A DNA stretch of 64,000 nucleotides from Octopus vulgaris (GCA_951406725.2 OX597818.1:89714001-89778000); one strand, 5' to 3'. Positions 1 through 13,460 are shown, counted from the stretch's first letter. Numbers and translations are program-made. The notes: generated by a model not told the origin, from the letters alone.

Positions 1-50
1 ATTTGTCCCCTCTGTATTCAGCCCTGTGTGGCTAATAAAAGAAAGAAAGA
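1..50 (+). mobile_element. 3' terminus of a Tx1/L1-like LINE
   Basis: Matches the 3' end at 1872-1915 (TTTGTCCC..TGT.TTCAG.CCTGTGTGGCTAATAAA); followed by (TATC)n. Confidence 0.55.
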
Positions 51-53
51 AAG

Positions 54-94
<41 letters not shown>

Positions 95-120
95 CATCCA
101 TCTATCTATCCATCCATCCG

Positions 121-460
121 GTGAGGGTTCCAGTTGATCCGATCAAGGGAACAGCCTGCTCTTGAATTTAACGTGCAAGTGGCTGAGTATTCCACAGACA
201 CGTGTAATCTTAATGTAGTTCTCGGAGAGATTCAGCGCGACACCACAGTGTGTGACAAGTACTACAGAAACAGGAAGAAAGAGTGAGAGAAAGTTGTGGT
301 GGAAGAATACAGCAGGGTTCGCCACCACCCCTGCCGGAGCCTCGTGGAGCTTTAGGTGTTTTCGCTCAATAAACACTCACAACGCCCGGTTGGGAATCGA
401 AACCGCGATCCTACGGCCACGAGTCCGCTGCCCTAACCACTGGGCCATTGCGCCTCCACA
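121..460 (-). mobile_element. tRNA-derived SINE, family A
   Basis: Minus head TGGAGGCGCAATGGCCCAGTGGTTAGG (A box) and GGTTTCGATTCCC (B box); also seen at 8118 and 63797, with a shared 3' body at 60090-60210. Confidence 0.85.
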
Positions 461-533
461 TATATGTATGGTGATATGAAAGGAAATAGAGATTTGGTTT
501 TCTGTGTATACATACATACATACAGACAGACAT

Positions 534-1060
534 ACATGGTGGCTGCCCCTCGTTGTCGAGTATGGCCATTGCACGAAGCTTAATCAATGTTGTTATCGTG
601 CAATGCCTGTGCAAGAAGATTTTTTTTTAAAGTGAAGAAAGGCTGTGCACTAAGTCAATCCCACTCACTAAGCAACAGCAGCCATAATCCGAAAAGAAGA
701 ACAAGTCAACATCATCGGTAACCACTGAGCCGCAGTTTTATGTCGGAGTTATCATAGTTACCTGAGTTACCTTCTCCTAGAAGGATGCCCTAACAAAGTC
801 TAGTAGTCCTTCACTCCCAATGGTTTAACCGCGCGATCGGGTATTCAGTCCGATTATTTCTATGTCTCTGCGCATGATACAGCCTTAAGACATTTATTAG
901 ATGGCCGTTGACTCTCAAGGGTTCCTCTGCCCTTTGACGGGTTTTGTTTTTCATCATGCAGGGTGTCCAATAAAAACACCCTCCTCACCAAGCAAGCTTG
1001 GTGGGGTTGCCGGTTTAGTCGCCGACGACCCGACCATGCAACAGATTGTACTGGGTTACA
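534..1060 (-). mobile_element. Non-autonomous RTE-type element (5'UTR joined to 3' end)
   Basis: RTE-like 5'UTR motifs GGCGACTAAACCGGCAACCCC and CTAGGAGAAGG, also present at 21800-21990; no RT ORF. Confidence 0.5.
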
Positions 1061-1104
1061 TGTTACCAGTAGCACTACATACATACATATATATGTATAA
1101 ACTT

Positions 1105-1295
1105 TATTATTTCTAAATCTCTCAACGAGAGAGGTACAGTAACAGTACTTTAAAGTAATGATTATTTGTCAGCATAATGTGGCAGTCCCGGTTGGGATGA
1201 ATATTATTGTTGTTTTAGCCCCAGGATACATCGTCTTCAGCTGGCTATTCCACACACATCTGTGTCTTTATATTTTAGAACAGGGGAGCTTAGCA
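1105..1295. mobile_element. Fragment of the hairpin-rich PLE-like terminal repeat family
   Basis: Same ordered motifs as 44989-45186 and 52038-52210 (e.g. TTTAGCCCCAGGATACATCG, CACACATCTGTGTC, AACAGGGGAG). Confidence 0.55.
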
Positions 1296-1348
1296 TTCCC
1301 ACTCAGTACAAAGTAATACCTATCCATTCATCCATCCATCTATCTATC

Positions 1349-1917
1349 TGACGGGAAGGAAGAGCTATTTTCATCACACTTGAGGCTATGGCGAAAGAAT
1401 GTATCTGGCGGACGCGTCTGAAAGGATTAGAGACAAACACTTTCCTCTCTGGTCAATCTCTCATCAACTTCTTCAAGTATCACTTGAAAAGGAAAGTGAG
1501 AGTAGAGAGGCAAGTTTTGTCTAGCGAATGTTTAAAAAAAAGATGGGTGAATGTAGCAAGGATGGCACGTATGAATGAAGCCACCTTGAGCATGATCCCA
1601 TGAATCCGGAAAAATTTAAAACAGAGAGTTAATTACTTGCAAATAAATGTGTTAACATGTGACATTACTGACCGAGGTTACCGTGGTCTTTTCCGTAGGC
1701 TTTTCTTTCCACAGACAAACCTTATCTGTTTCCCCCTTTATACTTTACGTCATGACATTTCTGTGATACATGATCCCTATTGATCGTTTTTTTTCTTTCC
1801 TTTTTACGATCCCTTTTGATCGAAAACCTACTCCACTTTTTTTTCTCCCCAAAAAGAAAAGCTCTACTTTGTAATTTGTCCCGTCAGTGTTCAGACCTGT
1901 GTGGCTAATAAAGAAAC
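1349..1917 (+). mobile_element. Tx1/L1-like LINE 3' fragment (ORF2 C-terminus and 3'UTR)
   Basis: MAKECIWRTRLKGL..LINFFKYHLKRKVRVER is homologous to the 37090-37329 ORF; pyrimidine-rich UTR ending in AATAAA. Confidence 0.75.
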
Positions 1918-2237
1918 ATATCTATCTGTCTGTCTGTCTGTCTGTCTGTAATATAAAAAAAAAAGAAGACACAGATTTATTTATACATTTTCTTCAACCG
2001 TTTCAAATTATTCACATGACTGTGTAGAATAAATTATTGAAATATATTTCTCTCCAACTTTTCAAATTTAAGTATATAGAGTCCACAACAGCAGCAAAAA
2101 AAAAAAAGGAAAAAAGAAAGGGAACATATTTACACATCTCAGAGGGAAGAAAAACGTGTAGAAGTATTTTAATAAGTTTCTTCAGAAATTGCAGGATTAA
2201 TACAAGTTATCTTTAACCTTCTTTTTTATTTTTTGTT

Positions 2238-2432
2238 GTTGTCCAAGGGAAAGGCAAAGGCCGATACAGCTTGGCACCTGTGACGTCACAACTCATTTCT
2301 TACAGATGAGTGAACAGGAGCAACGTGAAATAAAATGTCTTGCTCAAGAACACAACACACAACCCGGTCCAAGAATCGAACTCACTACCTCACGTTTGTA
2401 AGCCTGACACAAACCACTGAGCCATGCACCTT
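2238..2432 (-). mobile_element. tRNA/CORE-like SINE, family D (partial)
   Basis: Matches 24235-24437; tRNA-like head at the right end. Confidence 0.7.
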
Positions 2433-2755
2433 AACATACATATGTATGTACGTAATACATACATACATGCATGCATGCATGCATGCATGCGTACATACAG
2501 ACAATACGAGCTTCCACACAGTTTCCATTTGACAAATTCACTCACGAGGCATTAGTCAGTCCGAAACCTATACTCTTTTACACTTTTACTTGTTTGTAAT
2601 TTGACTGCGGCCATGTTGGAGCACCGCCTTTAGTCGAGCAAATCGACCCCAGGACTTATTCTTTGTAAGCCTAGTACTTATTTTATCGGTCTCTTTTGCC
2701 GAACCGCTAAGTGACGGGGACGTAAACACACCAGCATCGGTTGTCAAGCGATGTT

Positions 2756-2758
<3 letters not shown>

Positions 2759-2812
<54 letters not shown>

Positions 2813-4330
2813 TTACATACTCCTATACGCACATACATACACACAGACATACACACATACACACTCACACATACATACACACACATACTTACACACACAC
2901 TCGCCTGCACGCGCACACACATGCATGACAAACACCCATACACTCACACTCACATACACACACACCAACATATACACGCACACGCACACATACACGCACA
3001 CACACACACACACACGCCTACACACCTACATACACACACATGCATACACACACATACACGGACACACCCATACATACTTACATGCATACACCTATACACA
3101 CACGCCTACACACCTACATACACACACATGCATACACACACACACATGTACGCACATACACACACATATACGCACATACATATATACCTACATACATGCA
3201 CACACACACACACACACATACGCACACGCATGCATGCACGCACACGCGCACACCTACACGCATGTACGCATACATGCACACACACACACACACACGCACG
3301 TACACATACATACATACACACACACATACATACACCCATACACATACATGCATCCTACACACACAGACATACACATTCACACACACATACACACACACAC
3401 ACTCACTCACACACCTGCATGTACGCGCACACACATGCACATACACACACTTCCACACACACACACGTACATACATACACACTCATACACACACACACAC
3501 ACACACACACACGGACATACATCTATACACACACATATACACACACACATACTTACATACATTCATCGGACACACTGACACTCAGACTTACACACAGACA
3601 CACTCACACATCCACACACATACATACTCACACACGCAATCGCAGGCGCGCGCACATGCTCGCTTGTGCGCGTTCGCGCACGCATACACGCACGCTTGCA
3701 CCACGCTCTTGGTTGACCGACCGGATCTCCTGTCCGTATCTGGGGCTGGCGCGTTGTCTTTGGGTTCTCCCACGCCTGTCGCCGCGGGATCACTCTTCCA
3801 TCTTCCCCCTCATACACACACCCACTCACACACACACATTTGCATATATATACACATTACACTTACACACACACAACTTGCTTGCCACACACACAACTAC
3901 GCACGCTGGACATATACACACACTACCACTCAACACACACACTGGCACGTTACATACGCCCCCACCCTTTCCCGCCCCGCACGCACTAACATATACATAT
4001 TTTCTGTTTTTTATCACGCCTCACACACACATACACACACGCACATGCACAAACTCACACATACATACACACGCACACACACATACCTCCCTGTTTCTGA
4101 TCTGCCTTTCCGACTTGCTAGGGTACCCCCACACACACACATACACACACGCACACACTCACACATACATACACACGCACACACACATACTTCCCTGCTT
4201 CTGATCTGCCTTTCTGACTTGCTAGGGTACCCCCACACCACTCCTTTAATTCTACTACTGCTTGCTACTAGCCATTGTCCACCATACACACACATACACA
4301 CACACGTACACTCACACACACACACCGTCA
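2759..4330. repeat. Degenerate (CA)n tract with embedded GC-rich segments
   Basis: CA-rich throughout; a 46-bp unit CTCCCTGTTTCTGATCTGCC..GGGTACCCCCAC occurs at ~4086 and ~4189. Confidence 0.9.
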
Positions 4331-4399
4331 TCTCGCAACACCTTTTTTACCATTCCCTCATTGATTCAGCTCTCCTGTTTTTAAAAAAACATTTTCCTC

Positions 4400-4630
4400 C
4401 TTTTTTACTACTTCCGTCTTTTCAGTATGTGACCTCGTGAAGACGACCTGCAATTTTTTTTCCTCTGTCCTCCCGTCTCGGGATCTTTCTTTCTTTCTCT
4501 TATGTTTCCGACGAAGAGCTCCGCTCGAAACGTCATACCCTCCTTCTTCCATTTTCCTGAGCGCCTAATAATAATAATACTGTAATTGTTCCACGTGTTG
4601 TTGTTTTTTCTGTTTTCCCGTTTGGATTAA

Positions 4631-4632
<2 letters not shown>
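4400..4632 (+). mobile_element. PLE-like terminal repeat carrying a hammerhead
   Basis: Homologous to 52725-52910 and contains a hammerhead motif. Confidence 0.65.
4504..4538 (+). ncRNA. Minimal type I hammerhead ribozyme (one core mismatch)
   Basis: CCGACGA-A-GAGC(TCC)GCTC-GAA-ACGT-C; U4 is mutated to C in this copy. Confidence 0.65.
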
Positions 4633-4680
<48 letters not shown>

Positions 4681-5394
4681 TACATATACATATATACGAC
4701 GGGCTTCTTTCAGTTTCCGTCTACCAAATCCACTCACCAGGCTTTGGTCGGCCCGAGGCCATAATAGAAGACACTTGCCCAAGGTGCCACGCAGTGGGAC
4801 TGAACCCGGAACCATGTGGTTGGTAAGCAAGCTACTTACCACACAGCCACTCGAAGACACCCAAGGTTCGGTACAGTGCAGTAGGACTGAAACCGAAACT
4901 GCGTCGATCGCGTATGCACGCACCCTACCCCTTTACACTTGTATGAGTATGCGTATGTATTTATGTGTGTATACTCATATAGACGGATGAAGACTCCACA
5001 CGAGTTGTATAGATTAAGTATTTGTGTTTGTAACCTAATTGTGCTGCGTTACTCTAAGTCGTAGAGACTTATAAAGCACAGCTGTTCGTCATGTTGTTAT
5101 CGATCTGTAACGATCATCTAAGTTGAGCTCTTTATGTCAAACAAATTTAAATTAAAAAATGATGTTACATACACACACATCATATGCATATTCCCCCCAC
5201 CCCACACACACACATTCTTTAACATGTTTCAGTCATTTGACTGCAGTCATGCTGGAGCACCGCCTTAAAGGATGTTACTTGAAGAAATCGACACCAGGAC
5301 GTATTCTTTGTAAGCCTAGTACTTATTCTATCGGCCCTTTTTGCCGAACCGCTAAGTTACGAGGACATGACATAAACACAGCAGCATTCGTTGT

Positions 5395-5696
5395 CAGTGC
5401 GTAACTGGTACTTATTTAATCGACCCCGAAAGGATGAAAGGCAAAGTCGACCTCGGCTGAATTTGAACTCAGAACGTAGTAGCAGACGAAATACATATTT
5501 CTTTACTACCCACAAGGGGATAAACACAGAGAGGAGAAACAAGGACAGACAAAGGGATTAAGTCGATTATATCGACCCCGAAAGGATGAAAGGCAATGTC
5601 GACCTCGGCGGAATTTGAACTTAGAATGTAGCGGCAGACGAATACCGCTCAGTGTTTCGCCCGGCGTGCTAACGTTTTTGCCAGCTCGCCGCCTTC
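5395..5696 (-). mobile_element. SINE family C (Meta/MESC-like core), dimeric form
   Basis: Two copies of the core GCCTTTCATCCTTTCGGGGTCGAT separated by the Tx1-like tail. Confidence 0.8.
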
Positions 5697-5957
5697 TTAC
5701 CACACGACTATGCATGCTCCTATAGTATACCAAACACCGTGTGATCAATACAACGTGCGCTTTGGACTAGTTCCTAGGCGTTAAATACTCGTAAGGTTTA
5801 AATATAACGTTTGTAGAAAGCATAAATCCAGAGAAGATGCACATTCTTAGATGTAGAGTAATATATATTTTACTACAGAAGGCCGTTTTATGGGAAACCC
5901 AGTGTAATCCCCCATAAACCAGCCTTCCCAAGTAAAATATATATGTATATGTGTGTG

Positions 5958-5994
<37 letters not shown>

Positions 5995-5997
<3 letters not shown>

Positions 5998-6370
5998 ATA
6001 TAAACGGCAGTTTGTCTGTGCGTGTTTCTGTGTGTCTGTTTGCTTGTACCCTCACCCTGACCACGGCTTTCAACCGATTCTGATGAAACTTGACACACAC
6101 ATAGCCCAATGTCATAATTCAAAACTAACGCAGCGAAAATTTTGAAAAGTCCCCCCAGTTCTGAAAAAGATCGATAAATTCGACATGGGGTCGAGAATTA
6201 GACACAAACCGCAAACTGTCTAGGGGACGCAACTCCACCTTTTTTAACTAAAAAAAAAAATTTACCATCATTTTTTTCCATTTTTTTTGCTATTTTTTGG
6301 CTATAACTCTCTAAAAATGCTTTATAGTTATTTCCCTTACAAACCTGAGCAACGCCGGGCGATACTGCTA

Positions 6371-6371
<1 letters not shown>
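5995..6371 (+). mobile_element. Non-autonomous Helitron
   Basis: A|TC start, subterminal hairpin CCTGAGCAACGCCGGG, CTAG|T end. Confidence 0.8.
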
Positions 6372-6414
<43 letters not shown>

Positions 6415-6429
6415 TTGTTATTATGCAAA

Positions 6430-6950
6430 AGTCTCTTAAGTCCAAAACGTTGCTTTTTCAGAAAACAAAAAAATAGTTTCACCATTCCATAGCAAAACCG
6501 TTCTACTATACACTTTGATAACTTTTGATATCTTGGCATCTGAAGCAGCTGGAGATACAATAGTTAGACCAAAAGAATCACCTACTGCAAGCAAAAATAG
6601 ATACTGAAGAAACAAAAGCATTTGGCCAAATTTGGACATAGAACAGTTTAGCACAATAGCAACGATAGTAAATATAAGAGCAGTTATATCACCTTGTTTG
6701 ACACCACAACAAAACATGGGAGCATTTTCACCGATTTACAACCCGTGCTCTCATGTAATCACAAAGGGACGTGATAATAATGTGAATTTATCACAGGACA
6801 AGCAGTTTTTCTGACAATTGTAATTGTCCATACGGCACCTCGGATTACTGAAGGAAGGACCTTAAGGATGAGTGAAGCAAGGATGGAAGTTAAGTCTCTC
6901 CTCCATGCATTTTTCTTGCTGCCGAAGAACAGAAAATCCATGATGGACAG
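6430..6950 (-). pseudogene. Degenerate RTE LINE reverse transcriptase fragment
   Basis: GVKQGD, FGLTI and DAKISK..LWN motifs in the 6436-6717 ORF. Confidence 0.55.
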
Positions 6951-7436
6951 TGTCATATTACATGAGAGACAGAGAGGGAGGTGTTGTGATGGTGGGTAGA
7001 GAGAAGGTGGTGATGATAGAGAAGGGGTAAGGAGATAGAAAAGGGTGGTGAAGAGAGAGCAGTAGCAATGGAGAGGGAGCGGTGTGAGAGAAGGAGAGCG
7101 ACGTGGTGGTGTTGGAAATAGAGAAAACGAGAGAGAGAGAGAGTAAAGAAACGATGAGGGAGAGCGTCTGGAAGGGGGGGGAGAAAGATAGTTTTAGAGA
7201 GAAGGGTGGTAGAGAGAAAGACAGGGTAGTGGAAAAAATGTTGATGTAAATAAAGACAGAGAAAGAAAAAAAGAAAGAGAGAGATATGGGAAAGAGATAC
7301 AGAGGGTGAGAGAGAGAGAGAGAGAAAAAGAGAGAAAGAGAGAGAGAGAAAGAATGCGCAGTGAAACAATGAAAAACATGCGTACGGAATTTGTAACTGA
7401 TGTCGCTGTTAGGAAGTCATAGAACTGCATATATAC

Positions 7437-7954
7437 TTAAATATACATACATACAAACATATATATATATATATATATATACTTAGACATACACACATAT
7501 ATATATACTTTTACATATATATATACACACACATAATACATATAGATATATGTTATATATACATACATATATATAATAGATTCACACACACACACACATA
7601 TATATAATAGATTCACACATACACATATATATATAATAGATTCACACATACACATATATATATATTATACACACACACATACACACACATATATATATAT
7701 ATATTAGATTCACACACACACATATATATATATATTATACACACACACACACACATATATATTATACACACATACATATATATTATACACACACACATAC
7801 ATATTATACACACACACTCATACATATATATATATATATATAATAGATTCACACACACATATATATATATTATACACTCACACATACATACATATTATAC
7901 ACACACACATACATACATATTATACACACACACATACATACATATTATACACAC

Positions 7955-8000
<46 letters not shown>

Positions 8001-8100
8001 GATTCACACACACACATATATATATATTATACACACACACATACATACATACATATATATACACACACACTCAGATATATATACATGTATTCATACATAC
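7437..8100. repeat. Compound TA/CA micro- and minisatellite
   Basis: Recurring ATATAATAGATTCACAC and ATATTATACAC units. Confidence 0.9.
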
Positions 8101-8117
8101 TTGTATGTATATATGCT

Positions 8118-8300
8118 GTGTGGAGGCGCAATGGCCTAGTGGTTAGGGCAGCGGACTCGCGGTCCTAGGATCGCGGTTTCGATTCCCAGACCGGGCGTTG
8201 TGAGTGTTTATTAAACACCTAAAAAGCTCCACGAGGCTCCGGCAGGGGGTGGTGATCCCTGCTGTACTCTTTCACCACTCTTTCTCCCACTCTTTCTTCT
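8118..8300 (+). mobile_element. SINE family A, 5' part
   Basis: Matches the reverse complement of 265-460. Confidence 0.8.
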
Positions 8301-8435
8301 GTATGCATACATACATATGTACATACATATACACATATATACATACATACACTTGCATTTGTGTGAGTACATTCATGCAGTTTGATATATTTTATATGTA
8401 TATGTGTGAATGTGTGAATGCATATAACAGCATCA

Positions 8436-8550
8436 CGTGACCGACCAGTCCGTCAGATGTAGTTACACATCGCTGGTCACAATGCGTTCGCATTGTGTTA
8501 GCCTTCGAATGACGCCACCCCGCTGGCTAAGCGAGCAGGCCAACAGAAGA
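8436..8550 (+). mobile_element. SINE-like repeat fragment
   Basis: Similar to 54940-55045 (GGTCACAATGCG..CCTTCGAATGACGCC). Confidence 0.5.
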
Positions 8551-8555
8551 AATAT

Positions 8556-8679
<124 letters not shown>

Positions 8680-8813
8680 GTATATATATATATATACACA
8701 CACACATATATATATATATATATACACATAAATGTGAAACAAGGTGGAAAAATGAGTACTCAAATACCAGTGGTAGAGTAATATGCTTTATTTAAAGCAG
8801 CAGAAAATTCAAC

Positions 8814-8861
8814 AAAATCTGTTACTCTGAGTTTCTCGTTGCCGTTCATCAGACAGTTTTT
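8814..8861 (-). ncRNA. Type I hammerhead ribozyme in a PLE-like terminal fragment (8731-8868)
   Basis: Minus: AAAACTGT-CTGATGA-ACG(GCAA)CGA-GAA-ACTC(A)GAGT-A-ACAGATTTT; stems I and III pair, GUA cleavage triplet. Confidence 0.75.
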
Positions 8862-9087
8862 GCTAGAATATATATATATATATGCATTCTTTTCATATGT
8901 TAAAGGCCATGGTAATATTCATATATGAACAAATAGTGTGGAAGCGTGGTGTTATATAAAGTCGTTGACTCGAATTTGATGTTTGTTCTTTAATCAATGT
9001 TTTACACACACACACGCATATACATACATATATATGTATATATACATATATATATGTATATAAACTATTATTATTATTATTATTATT

Positions 9088-9139
<52 letters not shown>

Positions 9140-9412
9140 GAGTAGAAACAGCGCCCTTCCCTTCAGGTGGTGCCTCTTTCAATAAATGTAGTGATGTTAT
9201 GTATGCTGTAAGAAATATCACGTTTTATTCATCGTCTTACATAAAAGAATGACACTGACAAAAAGAACCTATTAAAGTTGTCAAAAGTCTGACCTTTATC
9301 TTATGAGGTATTTTATGGATTTCCTCCCCACGCTGCTCGTCATATGTTTTTCTTTTATTTTTACTCGTTATGTAAAAGAAAAGAAAATTATGTAACAAAA
9401 AAAAAAAAAGAA

Positions 9413-9619
9413 AGGAGTGGCTGAGTGGTAAGTAGCTTGCTTACCAACCACATGGTCTGTTTTTAGTCCCACTGCGTGGCACCTTGGGCAGCTGTTTTCT
9501 AATATAGCCTTGGGCCGCCCAAAGCCTTGTGAGTGGATTTGGGAGACGGAGACTGAAAGAGACCGATAGAATGAAAAAAAAAACCTGTCGTATATATGTA
9601 TATATATATATATATATAT

Positions 9620-9696
<77 letters not shown>

Positions 9697-9920
9697 ACGT
9701 TTGTGTATATGTTTGTGTGTCCGTGTTTGTCCCCCGAACATCGCTTGACAACCGATGCTGGTGTGTGTACGTCCCCGTAACTTAGCGGTTCGGTAAAAGA
9801 GAACGATAGAATAAGTACTAGGCTTACAAAGAATAAGTCCTGGGGTCGATTTGCTCGACTAAAGGCGGTGCTTCAGCATGGCCGCAGTCAAATGACTGAA
9901 ATAAGTCAGAGAGTAAAGAG
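9413..9920 (+). mobile_element. SINE family B, full length
   Basis: tRNA-like head, internal (TA)/(TG) tract, CR1-like tail. Confidence 0.85.
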
Positions 9921-10087
9921 TATAGAGTAAATAGATAGAAGAAAAAGATTTATCGGGGTTCGGAGGTACATACCACAGCAGTAAGCAGCAAAGGCATTCG
10001 TTCGGATTAGAATCACAAATTCAAAGTGGAAAAAAATTACCGTAAGCAATAGACATTGATATTTACGAAAAAAGAATGTAAGATATT

Positions 10088-10462
10088 CTTTTTTCTACTC
10101 TTGGCAGAAGGCCCGAAATTTTGGGGGAGGGGAGAAGTCGATTAAATTCACCCCAGTACACAAATAGTACTTAATTTATCGACGCTGAAGCGGCGGAATT
10201 TGAACTCGAAACGTAGACAGACGAAATACCTATTTCATTACTACCTACTAGGGATAAACATAGAGGGAACAAACAGGGACAGACAAACGGATTAAGTCGA
10301 TTACATCGACCCCAGTGCGTAACTGGTACTTAATTTATCGACCCCGAAAGGATGAAAGGCAAAGTCGACCTCGGCGGAATTTGAACTCAAAACGTAGCGG
10401 CAGACGAAATACCGCTAAGCATTTCGCCCGGCGTGCTAACGTTTCTGCCAGCTCGCCGCCTT
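10088..10462 (-). mobile_element. SINE family C, dimeric form
   Basis: Same junction as 5395-5696 (GACGAAATAC/TATTTC); degenerate TSD-like AAGAAT..AAG.TATT on both sides. Confidence 0.8.
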
Positions 10463-10904
10463 ATAAAAGAAGAATTTTAAGGTATTGAAATCTTTTATCT
10501 TTTACTTGTTTCAGCAATTGGGTTGCTGTCATGCTGGGCACCGCCTTGAAGAGTTTAGTCGACCAATCTTAGCACATATTTTAAGCCTACTACCTATTCT
10601 ATCGCTCTCTTTTGCCAAACTGTTAAGCTACCGGAACGGAAATACACCAATACCAACACAATATTTACGCGTGCGCGCGCATATACACACACACATGATA
10701 AGCTTCCTCCATTTGGTGGTTTTTGTCTACAAAATTCACTCAGGAGGTGTTGGGTGACCTAGGCTATAGGAGAAAACACTTGCTAAGGGGGCTGCGCAGT
10801 GGGACTGAATGCAAAACCATGTGGTTTCAAAGCAAGCTTCTTAACTTCGCAGCCATGTTGTTACTGTCGTCTTCGTTGTTGTTATTGCTGCCTTTGTAAT
10901 ATCT

Positions 10905-11957
10905 ACTGCATCTAGGACTTCAGTATCCAATGTATCCGTCTTGAGGGAGCTTTCCCGAGAACGTCGTCGCACTTTTCCTCCATTAACCCTCTATAGAACG
11001 CTAGAGTGGAACTACCACCGACCGCATTGCCCGACTGGCGAAGGGCTGTGTGCGCTTGACGGCACTCGAGGTACCAAGCTTCCCTCCCTGGTCTACGCCT
11101 AATCCAGGTTTGTAACTCAGTCAAAGAGACGAGATGTGGGAGAGTGAGTTTAACAAACGGTAACTACACGTGCTTACCGTCAAAGAAACGCTGGAGATGT
11201 CGCAACTTGAGCGCATGTCTGCGCATTAGCAACCACAGCATGCTCGGGCCCCTCATTCAGCGGCTGTGGACAGCAGATGGAGTGCCCTTACCAGCAGAAA
11301 GCGGGAGAGTATGCAGACCAGCTTGTTCAGCCAACATACGGGGCAAGGGACGACGGGCAAGCAGTAACGGATGACGGATGCGATGTACGCATTCGCCTCG
11401 GCTCGACCTTTCAGGGACAGCTTCTTCTCGGCCCATATCTGGGTGAGGTTGGTGAGGTTGGTCACCCTGTTCGTCACCTCGTCCCAGTTTTTCTCCACCT
11501 GGAGGTCTGGACCGAACAAATCTCGAGGGATTTAACTGGACCGTCTGTTCAGCTCCCCACAACGCTGTTGGACGGCATGGACTTGAAATTCTTTATTATG
11601 CCACCTTTGCTTGGGTCCTTTCTCAGCAGTGTCATCGCCCCTCGACAAATAAAAATGGAAATTCTTCCATTCTGTTGCCAGTTGCGGTAGACGTCTGTTA
11701 AGAAACCCGCAAACAAGTCTGGCATAGAAATATAAAGCTCGTAGGACAGACCATCCAAACCCGGCGGTCTGCCTCTCACGCAGCCCTTCATCGCCTCCTG
11801 TATTTCCGCGGCTGTTTTCGGTCTTTCGCAGTACTCCGCCTCGCTCGTCGACAGTCGCAGCAGACCGTCCAGATAGACACCAAAGTCTGCTCTGTTATCC
11901 GTCTTACCACTCATCACGGACAGTCAAGCAAAGTGCTGCTGAAAGGCTGCGCACATC
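10905..11957 (-). pseudogene. Tx1/L1-like ORF2 fragments (RT region)
   Basis: PGLDGLSYELY, GAMTLLRKD and KKLSLKGRA motifs; frameshifted and internally deleted. Confidence 0.8.
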
Positions 11958-12950
11958 TACTTGGTGGTGGTGATGGTGGTAGTCCCATGGATGCTGAGGC
12001 TTTTAGTGTTGATGTCTCAGTGACGACTGGAGGCAGCATTGTTGGTGGTGGTAATGGCGCCATTGCTGCCCTTGATGCATCGACCGCTCGTCCCTGCTGC
12101 TGCACCTGTTGTTGCTGTACCTGCGCTGGCGGTGGTACTGACACTGGTGTTGGTAGTATTGCTGGCCGTTCCTCCCTCCCTTTCTGAGGCAAGAGACCAT
12201 GAGGTGATTCTTGTCAGCACAGAGGTAACACCACGGCCTCCTGCACTCTACGGCCACGTGTAATTTTGTGTCGTCCGGAAGATTGATCAAATCGGAGATG
12301 AGATCTATGTTTGTTTTGTTTCACTTGGATTAAGAGCTCCATCCCCTCACCCGACCAATTTTGTAGGTGCAACTTGTGCACCTCCAGTATTGTGGCGGTG
12401 TCCTCTTTGTCTAGGAGGACTGCCGCCACCAGCCAGCATATATTTATTTCTGGGGGCACCTCCCCAATTTTTATTTTTGTTACGCACCAGCCAAGGTACG
12501 ACGGCACAAGAAAAAGGTCTTGACCTTTTAGTGGCACTGTGGAATAGTGTCTTGCTTCTTGCTTCGTTGCGAAACGCACCTTCACAGTGCCGAAACCTTT
12601 TCCTCTTTTTACATAAGTTTTTACATTCCATACTGGCTTAAGTATGAGGTCAAGTTGCTCTTGGGCTGCTTGTTCTATTCTTTTGTTGTGGTTACGCAAT
12701 TGTGAATTAGTGTTCTTTTGCTTGTGTCTCTTATTATATCATTTGGTGTATTAGTCCATTTGCGGTTTTAATTTCTTCTGTTGTGGCATTCAGTTTCTTT
12801 AATTTGCCTCGCTGCCGAGGCGAAACCGTTGACGCTTGGCTTGTTGCTCTTTGTTGTTCGTGTCTGTGGTGGTGGTGGCAGTGTCAGTGTCATTCTTATT
12901 CTCCTGCTTTCTTTCTTCTTTCCTCTCTTCCTCCTCCTGTGCCGGGCATG
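11958..12950 (-). pseudogene. Tx1-like ORF1 with a CCHC zinc knuckle
   Basis: CYLCADKNHLMVSC = CX2CX4HX4C in ORF 12003-12290, directly upstream of the ORF2 fragments. Confidence 0.65.
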
Positions 12951-12959
12951 GAAGTCTTT

Positions 12960-13245
12960 TGAGGACTAAATACACAACAATGGCGACTGAGCGAGGGCGT
13001 GAGAACGGGAGGTTGACCAGCCAGTTCAACGCAGACCTCCACGCCCTCAACACAACTATTGTTCCTGCACAGGAGAAGGAGGGAGAAGAAAGAAAGCAGG
13101 AGAGAAAGAATGACAGTGACCACAAACAATAACAAGACAACTGTTAACAGTTTCGCTTCGGCAACGAGGCAAATTAAAGAAAATCTGAATGTTACAATAG
13201 AAGACATTGAAACAGCAAAAGGACTAATTAAGAGTTATGAGTAAA
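12960..13245 (+). pseudogene. Inverted second copy of the Tx1 ORF1 5' end
   Basis: PAQEKEGEERKQERKND on plus versus PAQEEEERKEERKQENKND on minus. Confidence 0.6.
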
Positions 13246-13460
13246 CAAACTTGGTGTATGTGTATGTGTGGGGTCTCAATTTTGTAGTTATGCCGGGAAC
13301 CTACTTGAAGAAGCTGCTAAATCCTCCTCAAATCATATCTGTACTCTATATCTAAAAATGAAACAAGACGGTCAAGGCTTAAACGCTTTTGATCATAGAC
13401 CAGTATAAGTAGACCTGGGGGTTAAACAAGAATATTAAACACAAGAATATGCTGCGGGAC

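Larger units (their letters stand above)
2575..4852 (-). mobile_element. SINE family B split by a ~1.9 kb insertion in its internal microsatellite
   Basis: Tail at 2575-2760 and head at 4690-4852 match intact copies such as 22976-23380. Confidence 0.8.

Noticed and set aside
385-460. tRNA genes at SINE heads (also 8118, 26468, 63797)
   Set aside because: A and B boxes are present, but they run into SINE bodies and I found no complete cloverleaf
2741-4440. Long His/Thr-rich ORFs of 466-487 aa
   Set aside because: Translations of (CA)n microsatellite, open in several frames at once
4980-5030. Hammerhead-like CGGATGA-AGACTC..GAGTT
   Set aside because: The core has several mismatches, lacks GAAA and has no clear stems I or III
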